Origin: an uncultured cyanobacterium
Lineage (GTDB): Bacteria > Cyanobacteriota > Cyanobacteriia > Cyanobacteriales > CAWCAG01
Assembly: GCA_963793425.1 (NCBI GenBank)
Contig: CAWCAG010000005.1
Span: forward strand, 1,280,001-1,344,000
Length of the DNA stretch: 64,000 nt
Reading direction: 5' to 3'
In this document: in pieces, positions 54,544 through 64,000 of the stretch
How positions within the stretch are numbered: position 1 is the stretch's first letter
Layout: the number at the start of each line of letters is the position of its first letter
The notes under the pieces: generated by a model
Seen by the model: the letters and a program-made list of their open reading frames with translations, nothing else
Told to the model about the DNA's origin: nothing
Databases searched by the model: none
Made by a program: the position numbers and the translations under genes

Positions 54544-54741
54544 GTGCAGATGGCTACTACGTTCAATTCTGTATTTCTATTGAAGTTAGAGAACAGATGC
54601 AACCGACTGGCAAAGCTATCGGGTTAGACATGGGGTTAAAGTATTTCTATGCTGATAGCTTCGGTCATACAAGAGATATAGCTTCAGCAATTCGGATACT
54701 TATCGGATTGAGTACCGTAGGGCATACGGGAACTTACGCTA
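54544..54741 (+). mobile_element. tnpB: Internally deleted IS200/IS605 tnpB remnant
   Basis: [10 protein letters not shown]...AIGLDMGLKYFYADS (RuvC I) fused to RDIASAIRIL (RuvC III) and [12 protein letters not shown] tail. Confidence 0.8.
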
Positions 54742-55078
54742 GCCATCATGGATGCTATGTTAGGGGCTTTGAGTTTGGGAGATATTGGTCATTATTTCCC
54801 CCCAGTGATCCTAAATGGGCTGGGGCTAATAGTTTAATGTTACTCGAACAAGTTAATCAACTTATTACTGCCCAAGGCTGGCAAATAGGTAATATTGATT
54901 CTGTGATTGTGGCAGAACGTCCTAAACTCAAACCTCATATTAAAATAATGGGCGATCGCCTTGCCCAAATTTTGAATTTGGACTCTTCTCAGGTTGGGAT
55001 TAAAGCGACAACAAACGAAAAATTAGGCCCTGTGGGTAGGGAAGAAGGTATTTCCGCTTATGCTGTGGTGTTGTTGGT
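54742..55078 (+). pseudogene. ispF: Diverged 5'-truncated duplicate of ispF with a 1-nt deletion
   Basis: 337 nt aligning to 52623-52960 (338 nt), with scattered substitutions. Confidence 0.92.
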
Positions 55079-55275
55079 TAATGACAGAAGTGTTGAACGA
55101 GGGAGGTGTGGGGGCTAAAAATAGAAACACTTCACCTATGAGCAAGAAAATAACCTCATGTGAATACTAGCTTTTTAAACCAGTGAACATCCCCTCGACT
55201 TTTCTCCTTTGCCACCCCACAAGGGCTTGACAGATTGTGCTTTTGCTTAACTTGTTACCAATGCCCATTGCCTAT

Positions 55276-56400
55276 TCAAACAAGCCAATAACTAGTCATT
55301 TCCCCCTTGCCTTTAACTGCAATTTTTCCTCTTTCTTCAAAATTATATTTTCCTTTTAATAACTCATAGCTGTGGGCAGAAACTTGAATTTTACCTGGGT
55401 CGCCGGAAGACTCCATGCGAGAAGCAACATTAACCGCATCTCCCCATAAATCGTAGATAAACTTATTTTTACCAATCACCCCCGCCACAACAGGCCCTGT
55501 ATTAATGCCAATGCGTATTTGAAAGGGTTCCCCTTCCTCCCTAGAAAAGTTGCCAATACAAGCTTGCATATCTAAAGCCATTTGCGCGATCGCCTCAGCA
55601 TGATCAGGTTTTGGGGTGGGTAGCCCTCCTACCACCATATAAGCATCGCCAATGGTTTTAATTTTCTCCAAACCATGTCTTTGGGTTAGTTGATCAAAAG
55701 CAGAGAAAATCTGATTGAGAATATCAACTATTTCTTTAGGAGAAATACTGGCTGCCAAAGGAGTAAAACCAACAATATCAGCAAAAAGAATTGTCACTTC
55801 TTCATATTGTTCAGCAATAGATTGGTGTGCCTGTTTTAACTTTTCAGCAATCGCTGCCGGAAAAATATTGAGGAGTAAAGTTTCTGATTTTCTTTGTTCT
55901 ATGCGTAGGGCATTTTCTACTTTTTCGCGATCCTTAATTTCTTGTTGCAGTAAGATATTTTGCTTTTCTAATTGTTTAGTTTTTAGTTTAAGACTAAGTT
56001 GTAGTTGTTGAATTTGCAACTGATTTTTCACCCTAGCAAATACCTCAGCATCCTGAAAAGGCTTGGTAATATAATCTATGCCACCCACTTCAAAAGCTTT
56101 AACCTTATCAAAAACATTATCCAAAGCACTAATAAAAATAACTGGAACCTGAGTCGTTTTCTCTTCGGCTTTCAGGCGCTCACAAACTTCATAACCGTCC
56201 ATTTCTGGCATACTAATATCCAGTAAAATCAAGTCGGGCAAATTAGCGGCTACTGAATCTAGAGCCATCTGACCATTCAAAGCTTTCCGGACTTTATACC
56301 CTTGCTTTTTCAGCATCACTGAGAGAAGGCGAAGGTTGTTGGGGGTATCATCAACAAGAAGGATATCTCCTCGCGAAGCATCAGCTTGGTTGTTCTTCAT
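55276..56400 (-). CDS. Response regulator receiver + class III adenylate/guanylate cyclase
   Basis: LLVDD, LLDISMP; ILFADIVGFT, KTIGDAYM, YDLWGDAVNVASRMES. Confidence 0.93.
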   Translation of the reverse strand: MKNNQADASRGDILLVDDTPNNLRLLSVMLKKQGYKVRKALNGQMALDSVAANLPDLILLDISMPEMDGYEVCERLKAEEKTTQVPVIFISALDNVFDKVKAFEVGGIDYITKPFQDAEVFARVKNQLQIQQLQLSLKLKTKQLEKQNILLQQEIKDREKVENALRIEQRKSETLLLNIFPAAIAEKLKQAHQSIAEQYEEVTILFADIVGFTPLAASISPKEIVDILNQIFSAFDQLTQRHGLEKIKTIGDAYMVVGGLPTPKPDHAEAIAQMALDMQACIGNFSREEGEPFQIRIGINTGPVVAGVIGKNKFIYDLWGDAVNVASRMESSGDPGKIQVSAHSYELLKGKYNFEERGKIAVKGKGEMTSYWLV

Positions 56401-59400
56401 TAATCTGTTGAATTAAGTCTCTTACTTTATCAAAGCGGAAGTTGTGGGCATAATCTTCTAAAGCTTGAGACAAGGGATTATAGTTTGGGGGTATAGCTGC
56501 AATCAATTCCAGAATCTGTTCGTCAAAACCTTGAATTGCTGCTTCTTGGAGTTGCATTGTCCATTCTGGGGGCATTTGTGATAGATAATTACTAATAGGC
56601 TGTTCTATTTGTGAATTATCCTTTTCAATACCCACAAATTCTTCTTCTTCTTCTTCTCCTTCGGAATAGGTATAGCTTACGCCCAAATGTTGAGCAATTT
56701 TTTCTAATAATACTTCTTCGCGAAATGGCTTCCGTAAAAAGTCATCGCAACCAATAGATAAAACCGCCTTGCGATCTTGTTCAAAAGCACTTGCTGTTAG
56801 GGCAATAATAACTGTAGCTTGACCTTTGGTGGTACTTTTGATTCGTTTCGATGCTTCATAGCCATTCATAACTGGCATTCGCATATCCATCCAAATTAGG
56901 TGAGGTTCCCAACTTTCCCAAACTTCAATAGCTTCTTGTCCATTCTTGGCTTCCTTGACTTCAAAACCAATCGAGAGCAATAATTTCAACAGAAGTTGGC
57001 GATTGGCCCAGCGGTCTTCTACAACTAAGATACGATAAGTAGGTTGATTTGGTGCTAAACCAGCAATTTGACGCTTGGGGACGGCGGGTTCAACTTCTTT
57101 AGCTGTGGCTGGTTTAGCTTGGATCTCGAAGCTGAAGACTGAACCATAATCTAATTGACTTTTAACTTTAATGTCTCCTCCCATCATTTGGATAAACTTG
57201 CGGCTAATCGGTAAACCTAAACCTGTACCCTCTTGAGCTTTCCAACCAGTTTCTGTTTGACCGAAGGCTTGGAAAAGTTGTTCTTTTTCTTTGGGGGATA
57301 TACCAGGGCCGGTATCTTCAACTTCAAAACGCAGCTTAATTGTGCTGTCACCATTGTTATTACCCCCAGAAATTGTCCCAACCCGCAAAGAAACTCCTCC
57401 TTCTTCAGTAAACTTAATGCCGTTACCTAAAAGATTAATCAGGACTTGACGCAATTTACTCTCGTCAGTTTTGATATATTGAGGTAAATTGGGAGCAAAT
57501 TCAAAAAGAAGCTGTAAATCTTTGCTAGTAGCCCTGTTTTCTAACATATCTTCTATGTCTTCTAACAAGCGATAAAGATCGAAACTGACAGGATTAAAAG
57601 TTGTTCTTCCTGCCTCAATTTTAGACATCTCCAGCACGTCATTAATTAAGGAGAGTAAATGTTCCCCACTACGATTAATAATTTCTAAATTGTTCTTCTG
57701 CTCTTTGGTAAGGTTGCGATCGCGGTTCATTACTTGGGTAAAGCCCAAAATCGCATTGAGGGGTGTCCGTAACTCATGACTCATGTTAGCCAAAAACTCG
57801 CTTTTGGCGCGGTTGGCGGCATCCGCGGCTTCTTTGGCTTGTTGCAATTCTGCTTCAGCTTGTTTGCGATCGCTAATGTCACGGGCAATACCGATGGCGT
57901 AAAGCGCTTGCCCTGTTTCATCCCTTACTGCTGAGAGGTTAGATATATGCCAACGCCAGCTACCATTTTTATGCTTAACTCGATATTCAATGCCATCCAG
58001 CTTTTCTGTTGCTTCTAGGAGTTGAGAGTAAAAAGTTGCACATTTTTCTAAATCATTAGGATGGACAAAATCAGCAAAATGTTTACCCAATACCTCATCA
58101 ACATCATGACCTAAAAGATCAGTCCAATTGGGGGCAACGTAAGAAAATACTCCTTCTAAGCTAAGTAAATAAATAATATCCTTAGCATTTTCTACTATGC
58201 TGCGAAACTTCAACTCACTTTGGCGCAAAGCTTTTTCGGTTCGCAGGCGATCGCTAATATCTTTGAGCATGACGGTAAAAATTTTGCCGTCTTGTAATTG
58301 CAACTTAGAAATGGATGCTTCAGCAGGAAATTGAGAACCATTTTTACGTAGAGCAAAAACTTTCCCGGAACGCTCAGCCATTCTCCGGGCTTGCTGAGGA
58401 GAAATACCAAAGCTGCTAATATGTTCAGAGTGGATGCTGCGAACAGCTTCAGGAAGAAGAATATCTAAAGACTGACCTAAAATTTCTTCCGTTGTATAAC
58501 CAAAAATCTTTTCTGCACCTTGATTGAACAACAGGATCTTATTCTTTTCATCTACAGAAATAATCCCTTCTTCAGCATTATCTAAAATACCCGCTAATCT
58601 TTTCTGACTTTCCCGCAGGGCAATTTCTACTCGCTTGCGTTGAGTGATTTCGGTTAAGATGCCATCCCAAATGATGCTACCGCTTTTTTGTTTTTCTGGT
58701 CGCGAGTCTGATTGTACCCATTTTGTTCTCCCACCTACAAGAATCCTGCCTACCCAATGCATTGGTTCTAAGGTTTGGGCAGATAAGGCGGTAAGTTCCT
58801 TGGATTGTTCTAAATCTTCAGGATAAACAGTTTTAAGAATTAGATTAGCATCTTTAATCGCTTCTTCTGGCTCCACTTCATAAATATCTCGACAAGCAGA
58901 ACTAACATAAATAAATTTCCAAGAACCATTATTAAGAAGTTTGGCACGATAAATCATACCTGGGACATTGGCAGCAAGGTTGCCGTATCTTTTGTTACTC
59001 TTTTGTAAAGCTTTTTCGACTTCAAATCTAGCTTGAGCGATCGCCATCAAAGTTCCTACACGCTCAAATAAATCAATATCTTCGCTACTCCACCTCCGGG
59101 AAGTAGCGATCACTTCAAGCCCAATAAAACCCACCACTATCCCTCTATGGCTCATAGGGACCTGCACAAAAGACTTAACTAGGTTTTTCTCAAATTCTGC
59201 TTTTTCTGAGGCTGCTTCGGGGGGTAAAGCGGCAACATTATGGACTTGGAGGGTTTTAAACTTTAAAAGATTGCTATGGAACCAAGAATTGTGGTTAACC
59301 GAAAGGCTTTGATATTGAGACTTGAGGGAATTAATGCCTTCGTTGCACCATTCATGGGTCAAATCTATATAATCAGCATCATCTTTATAGCGATAAACAT

Positions 59401-59929
59401 AAGCGCGATCGCCAGCCAAAAATTCCCCCAAAGCTTGCAAAGCAAAATCAATAGCGATATCTAAATCTTGGTCAATAAACTGCTGAGAAATATTGCTCAG
59501 TAAACTATCCCTGGCAGCGCGATATTGTAAGGTTTTTTGTTGATAAGGTAATTGTTTCTCAATGCAACCTAAAAGTTCTGCTGGTAAAAAAGGGCTAATA
59601 ATATAGTCTGCCCCCCCGCTACTATAAATTTTTTCTCGCTCTTGTAATTGCTCAGCTTCAAGAATAAATATAACTGGAATTTTATTGATTGTTGGCTCGG
59701 CTTTGAGTTCTTGGCACAGTTTATAACCCAGATTTCCTGCCCTAAGTAAAATTAAAGTAGGGGCTACAGAATGGATAGCCGTGAGAACCTCACTTGTCGG
59801 GAAAAATTCTTTGACTTTATAGCCTTGCTCTATTAATCTTGCGGACAGATTCTGTAAATCAGGTAGCGAATTGTCAACAAAAAGGAGATTGGCCCTTGTT
59901 ATATCCGCTCGATTGCTGCTCATAAGCAA
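56381..59929 (-). CDS. Hybrid histidine kinase (pseudo-REC, GAF, 3 PAS, HisKA, HATPase, REC)
   Basis: FLANMSHELRTPLN, NLLGNGIKFT, DTGPGI, GTGLGL, WMDMRMP. Confidence 0.93.
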   Translation of the reverse strand: MLMSSNRADITRANLLFVDNSLPDLQNLSARLIEQGYKVKEFFPTSEVLTAIHSVAPTLILLRAGNLGYKLCQELKAEPTINKIPVIFILEAEQLQEREKIYSSGGADYIISPFLPAELLGCIEKQLPYQQKTLQYRAARDSLLSNISQQFIDQDLDIAIDFALQALGEFLAGDRAYVYRYKDDADYIDLTHEWCNEGINSLKSQYQSLSVNHNSWFHSNLLKFKTLQVHNVAALPPEAASEKAEFEKNLVKSFVQVPMSHRGIVVGFIGLEVIATSRRWSSEDIDLFERVGTLMAIAQARFEVEKALQKSNKRYGNLAANVPGMIYRAKLLNNGSWKFIYVSSACRDIYEVEPEEAIKDANLILKTVYPEDLEQSKELTALSAQTLEPMHWVGRILVGGRTKWVQSDSRPEKQKSGSIIWDGILTEITQRKRVEIALRESQKRLAGILDNAEEGIISVDEKNKILLFNQGAEKIFGYTTEEILGQSLDILLPEAVRSIHSEHISSFGISPQQARRMAERSGKVFALRKNGSQFPAEASISKLQLQDGKIFTVMLKDISDRLRTEKALRQSELKFRSIVENAKDIIYLLSLEGVFSYVAPNWTDLLGHDVDEVLGKHFADFVHPNDLEKCATFYSQLLEATEKLDGIEYRVKHKNGSWRWHISNLSAVRDETGQALYAIGIARDISDRKQAEAELQQAKEAADAANRAKSEFLANMSHELRTPLNAILGFTQVMNRDRNLTKEQKNNLEIINRSGEHLLSLINDVLEMSKIEAGRTTFNPVSFDLYRLLEDIEDMLENRATSKDLQLLFEFAPNLPQYIKTDESKLRQVLINLLGNGIKFTEEGGVSLRVGTISGGNNNGDSTIKLRFEVEDTGPGISPKEKEQLFQAFGQTETGWKAQEGTGLGLPISRKFIQMMGGDIKVKSQLDYGSVFSFEIQAKPATAKEVEPAVPKRQIAGLAPNQPTYRILVVEDRWANRQLLLKLLLSIGFEVKEAKNGQEAIEVWESWEPHLIWMDMRMPVMNGYEASKRIKSTTKGQATVIIALTASAFEQDRKAVLSIGCDDFLRKPFREEVLLEKIAQHLGVSYTYSEGEEEEEEFVGIEKDNSQIEQPISNYLSQMPPEWTMQLQEAAIQGFDEQILELIAAIPPNYNPLSQALEDYAHNFRFDKVRDLIQQINEEQPS

Positions 59930-60260
59930 TTTAGAAAGAGATGATTTTTAGTTGGCGGTTTGGTAACTGCTCCCTGTCGTCTGTAAGATGCTCGCTCCCT
60001 TATAGCAATTAGCAATTCTAATTGCTAGGTCTTTATTTCTGCAGACGTATTTTGTCTTGATATGTTCTGCCTTTATTCATTGTCTCAAAAATATTTGTTT
60101 CTCGGTAGGGATAATGAGATATTTCAGGAAATTCCCCGAGAAAAACAAAATTATTTGCTTAAAATCACGCAACTTAATAGGGAAAAATATTAATTCAATT
60201 TAAAGCTAGCGACCAAAAAGTATGGAAAGATGTTGATCAATGTTTAATCATAAATGATCA

Positions 60261-60980
60261 ATGGTATTAGCTGGGGTGCGAATTATTTTAGTAGAACCTG
60301 CGGGGGCGCTTAATGTCGGTTCGGTGGCACGGGTAATGAAAAACATGGGTTTGCAGCAACTAATCCTGGTAAATCCTCAGTGTGATGTCCAAAGTTTGGC
60401 AGCACGGAAGATGGCTATGCACGGTAGAGATGTTCTTGAACAAGCACAACAAGTGGAGACTTTACCATTAGCATTACAAGGATGCCAGAGGGCTATGGCT
60501 ACAACAGCCCGTTCCCGCGCTGTATCTAACCAATTTTATACTCCAAGAGAGGGGATTTCTTGGTTATTAGGAGAAAATCTTTCTTCGGCATTAATATTTG
60601 GTAGAGAAGACCGGGGCTTAAGCAATGAAGAGTTGAATTATGCCCAAAAGTTCATCTCCATTCCTGCTAATCCAGAGTATCCTTCTTTGAATTTAGCTCA
60701 AGCTGTAGCAGTTTGTACCTACGAGTTATACTTAGCCTGCCAAGACCAAAGGGTATCAACAGATGCTCCCGAAACTGCGACTTTAGATGTTTTAGAAGGA
60801 TACTATCAACAGCTAGAAGACCTATTGTTAAAAATAGGTTATCTTTATCCCCATACTGCTAAAGCCCGTATGGAAAAGCTTCGCCGCCTATATAATCGAG
60901 GAAATTTAACTCAAGAGGAGGTTGCTATGTTGAGGGGGATTTTGCGACAAATGAATTGGGCAAGTAGGGAGACATCGTAG
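60261..60980 (+). CDS. trmJ: RNA methyltransferase TrmJ/LasT (SPOUT)
   Basis: NVGSVARVMKNMG, FGREDRGL, SLNLAQAV. Confidence 0.88.
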   Translation: MVLAGVRIILVEPAGALNVGSVARVMKNMGLQQLILVNPQCDVQSLAARKMAMHGRDVLEQAQQVETLPLALQGCQRAMATTARSRAVSNQFYTPREGISWLLGENLSSALIFGREDRGLSNEELNYAQKFISIPANPEYPSLNLAQAVAVCTYELYLACQDQRVSTDAPETATLDVLEGYYQQLEDLLLKIGYLYPHTAKARMEKLRRLYNRGNLTQEEVAMLRGILRQMNWASRETS

Positions 60981-61101
60981 ACGGGGGGACTCGGAAGTAA
61001 TAAGTAACAAGTAATAGGTAATAGGTAAGTTGAGAATGTACTATTTCTTATTCCTTTACACAACTAGCAACTAGCCATTAGCAATTTTAGGAGTAGTAGA
61101 T

Positions 61102-62502
61102 GTGACCAAACAGTTTAATCTGCGGCCGTTTGAGTCAAGGAAATCAAATAATTCGACATCTTTGCCTTCCCAACGTCGGACTAAGAGATCGTTATCTCAG
61201 AAGGGAAGTAAACAGCCCACGGAAAGAGTGACTAATTTATCGTCTCGGAAACCTCGTCAGAGAAGGAAGCGGGCTTCTGCTTATTCTCTGGGTCGAAAAT
61301 CTCCTACTACTAGTTTTGAGAGCCTTCCTCAGCGTTCTAGGGTGCAATCTAGTCCAGATATTACTAAAAGAGTGGCCCGAAGGCGGCAGAGAAGAGAAGC
61401 ACTCCTTGAGACAGCGGCTTTAAGGAATTCTCAGCCCAGAAAAGCGACACCAAAAAAGACTCGCCGCAAAGTTAAACGTCCCCCTTCTCCTTTAATTTAT
61501 ATTCTTCGCTTACTGATTTTGGGCATTGGTCTTGCTGCTATTGTTGGTACAATCATTTCTACGGTAAATCCGGCTAGGCAAGTTACCGCAGAAAGTGCAG
61601 CGAGACAAACGGAACAAAGCGCAGAGAATGCGAGTAGTAAAGTTACGGTTTCTTTAGGTCAAGAAATTGTTGCTTTAAAAACGGAAATAGAAGCCCTAAC
61701 TAAAGCTAATTCTCAGTTAGATACAGGGGTGTTTTTTATAGATTTGGATACAGGGAATTATCTAGATTTACAAGGTAATAAAACCTTTGCTGCTGCTAGT
61801 ACAATTAAAGTTCCGGTTTTAGTTGCTTTTTTCCAGGATGTGGACGCAGGAAAAATTAATTTAAACGATACTTTAACTTTAGAAGCAGGGGATCTTGGTG
61901 ATGGTTCAGGAGATTTACAATATCAACAATTAGGAACTACCTATACAGCTTTGGAAGTGGCAACCAAGATGATTGAAATTAGTGACAACACAGCCACTAA
62001 TATGATTATCCGGCACTTGGGAGGGAAAGAAGCTTTAAACTCCCGTTTCCGTAGCTGGGGCTTAACTGCAACCGTAATTAATAATCCCTTACCAGATATC
62101 GAAGGAACCAATACCACCAATCCTCAAGAGTTAGCTAATTTGATGGCTGTGATTAATCGAGGGCAACTAGTTTCGATGAAATCGGGCGATCGCATCTTAG
62201 ATATTATGGAAATGACAGCTAATGATAGCCTCTTGCCCCAAGGTTTAGAGCCTGGAGCAACTATTGCCCATAAAACAGGTAATATAGGCTCTTTAGTGGC
62301 AGATGTAGGTCAAGTGGATATGCCCAGCGGAAAGCGTTACATTGCTTCAGTGATGGTGAAACGTCCCCGCAACGATTCTAGCGCCCAACAACTAATTCAA
62401 GAAATTTCCCGCGTTGCTTACGAGCATTTTAATCAACCAACAGCTCAACCAGATGTTACCACAAGTCCTAGGAGGACATCGGGTTCGGTAGCGAGGAATT
62501 AA
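61102..62502 (+). CDS. Membrane-anchored serine hydrolase, class A beta-lactamase/PBP-A-like
   Basis: ASTIK (SxxK), SDN, HKTG; basic disordered N-terminus + TM. Confidence 0.88.
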   Translation: MTKQFNLRPFESRKSNNSTSLPSQRRTKRSLSQKGSKQPTERVTNLSSRKPRQRRKRASAYSLGRKSPTTSFESLPQRSRVQSSPDITKRVARRRQRREALLETAALRNSQPRKATPKKTRRKVKRPPSPLIYILRLLILGIGLAAIVGTIISTVNPARQVTAESAARQTEQSAENASSKVTVSLGQEIVALKTEIEALTKANSQLDTGVFFIDLDTGNYLDLQGNKTFAAASTIKVPVLVAFFQDVDAGKINLNDTLTLEAGDLGDGSGDLQYQQLGTTYTALEVATKMIEISDNTATNMIIRHLGGKEALNSRFRSWGLTATVINNPLPDIEGTNTTNPQELANLMAVINRGQLVSMKSGDRILDIMEMTANDSLLPQGLEPGATIAHKTGNIGSLVADVGQVDMPSGKRYIASVMVKRPRNDSSAQQLIQEISRVAYEHFNQPTAQPDVTTSPRRTSGSVARN

Positions 62503-62540
62503 TAATGGCTAACGCCTAACTGTGCAAAGGAATTTGATGT

Positions 62541-63119
62541 ATGAATACAATTCCAGTTATTATTCCCCAGACTCTTAAAGTAACCCAACAACAGTTTGAA
62601 CAACTGGCGATCGCGAATGGAGAGGTACGACTCGAACGTAGTGCTACAGGAGAATTAATTACTATGCCACCCACCGGGGGAAATACAGGAAAACGAAATA
62701 TTGATCTTACCTTTCAGCTTCAGGGATGGACTCGTCAAACCAAGTTAGGAGTTGCTTTTGATTCTTCCACTGCTTTTAAGCTTCCTAACGGTGCAAATCG
62801 TTCTCCTGATGCGGCTTGGGTGAGTCAACAAAGATGGGATGCCTTAACAACAGCACAGCAAGAAACTTTTCCTCCCCTTTGCCCTGATTTTGTCATTGAG
62901 TTGCGTTCTAAGAGTGACAACATGGAACCTTTACGCAAAAAGATGCAGGAATTTTTAGAGAATGGTTTGCGTTTAGGATGGTTGATTGATGCTAAAAACA
63001 AACGAGTGGAAATTTATCGCCCAAATCAGGAAGTTGAGGTATTAGAGTCTCCTGTAAGTTTATCAGGAGAAGAGGTTTTACAGGGTTTTGTACTTGATTT
63101 ACAGGTTGTTTTTGGATAA
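62541..63119 (+). CDS. Uma2 family putative endonuclease
   Basis: RSPDAAWV, PLCPDFVIELRS, LGWLID. Confidence 0.92.
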   Translation: MNTIPVIIPQTLKVTQQQFEQLAIANGEVRLERSATGELITMPPTGGNTGKRNIDLTFQLQGWTRQTKLGVAFDSSTAFKLPNGANRSPDAAWVSQQRWDALTTAQQETFPPLCPDFVIELRSKSDNMEPLRKKMQEFLENGLRLGWLIDAKNKRVEIYRPNQEVEVLESPVSLSGEEVLQGFVLDLQVVFG

Positions 63120-63233
63120 GTTACAAAGTTTTAGTTTTGAAAGTAATAGCTCACGGGGTGACAAGGAACTGGAACAGCCTGTAAAGAGGAAGAAGCAGCA
63201 GAAAATGCTAAAAAAAGGAGGGTAAGCTAATTG

Positions 63234-64000
63234 GGTTCTACCGAACATAGGATGTAAGATTAGTAGTTGAAGTGCCAAGTCAAAATGCTCCTCAGAGAGA
63301 AGTTTTCAAAGTTCCTGAATCCGTAACCTCTCCTTTTAATCAACTTCAACTTGTTATTAATTCCTTCCACTACTCCTTGAGTTGTACGGGAGTCAAAGTA
63401 GGCTATAATCTCTCCCATCCAACGCCTTATTGTCCCACAACTTTTTGGGAAATACGAGTAAGCTTGAGCGCACCAATTAGCTATTTCTAATAATCCTTCA
63501 CTCCAGTCTTGGCTCTGTTAAAATATATTTCTAAATTCCTCTTTTAATCTGTGCATTTTACCCAGAAGAGGTGAGACTTTATTGACTTGGTTCAATTTAA
63601 TCTTTTGCTCTTCGCTCAAGTCTAATTCATTAAATTTCTTGCCACATTGCGAGCATCTCATTTGGCGACGATTAATTTTGAGATACACTGGTTGAGTTGC
63701 CCAAGGTAAATCTCTAATCGTTAGCTGATTATTCTGATGGAGTTTTTCAGTTATTGCACCGCAGTTAGTGCAGGTAGCTTTTTTCTCTATTTTTTCTATG
63801 TGTAAGACTATGCCTATACTCTCTATACACTGATAATGTTTAACGGTAACTCCTTCTAATTGAAGTAAGTTTGTCATGAGGTTTAGTTGAGGATTCGATG
63901 GCATTTGTATAAGTTAAGTCTAAATAGTAGTTTTATTTTTACTATCATTTAATCTTTGAAAGAGCTATAATGCAAGCTGGATAAACTTTATAGACATAAA
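63234..64000 (-). mobile_element. Decayed ISL3-family element; transposase pseudogene 63260-63904
   Basis: Zn finger CTNC...IRDLP...CSQC; internal deletion (CGKKF|NELDL); premature TAA at 63518-63520; frame continues [29 protein letters not shown] to stop at 63260; GGTTCT terminus at 63234. Confidence 0.88.

Noticed and set aside
54597..55118. 173-aa ORF in the track
   Set aside because: Chance in-frame chimera of tnpB remnants and the frameshifted ispF copy
63272..63490. 72-aa plus-strand ORF, and GGCTCT at 63511 as an ISL3 end
   Set aside because: Both lie within the transposase C-terminal coding region on the minus strand; the terminus is at 63234

Overview
Cyanobacterial chromosomal window: AT-rich, dense in HIP1 (GCGATCGC) and heptamer STRR repeats, with por, chlI, ffh-rpsP-khpA-phoH, glmS, folD, ispF and cobH. 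The standout element is a tRNA-Arg(CCU) gene (32655-33579) split after the anticodon by an 851-nt Azoarcus-type group I intron. The intron loops out an intact 213-aa I-SceI-like LAGLIDADG ORF from an extra P7.1 stem. Both catalytic aspartates are replaced (A23, K117) and the ORF 3' end doubles as ribozyme P3/P8, so it is a candidate nuclease-dead maturase in a bacterial tRNA intron. Also present: a PARIS-like ATPase + DUF4435/TOPRIM pair at the left edge, with the ATPase frame broken; a CHAT-NTPase-TPR protein; a frameshifted Ser/Thr kinase-TPR gene; a selenoprotein-N-like thioredoxin-fold protein; a ZiaR/ZiaA-type metal efflux unit with operators; a gene-scrap mosaic (deleted kinase, ileS tail, deleted tnpB, partial ispF copy); a MITE-like element; a dispersed 32-bp repeat; and a decayed ISL3 at the right edge. 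All family assignments come from motif recognition, not database searches.
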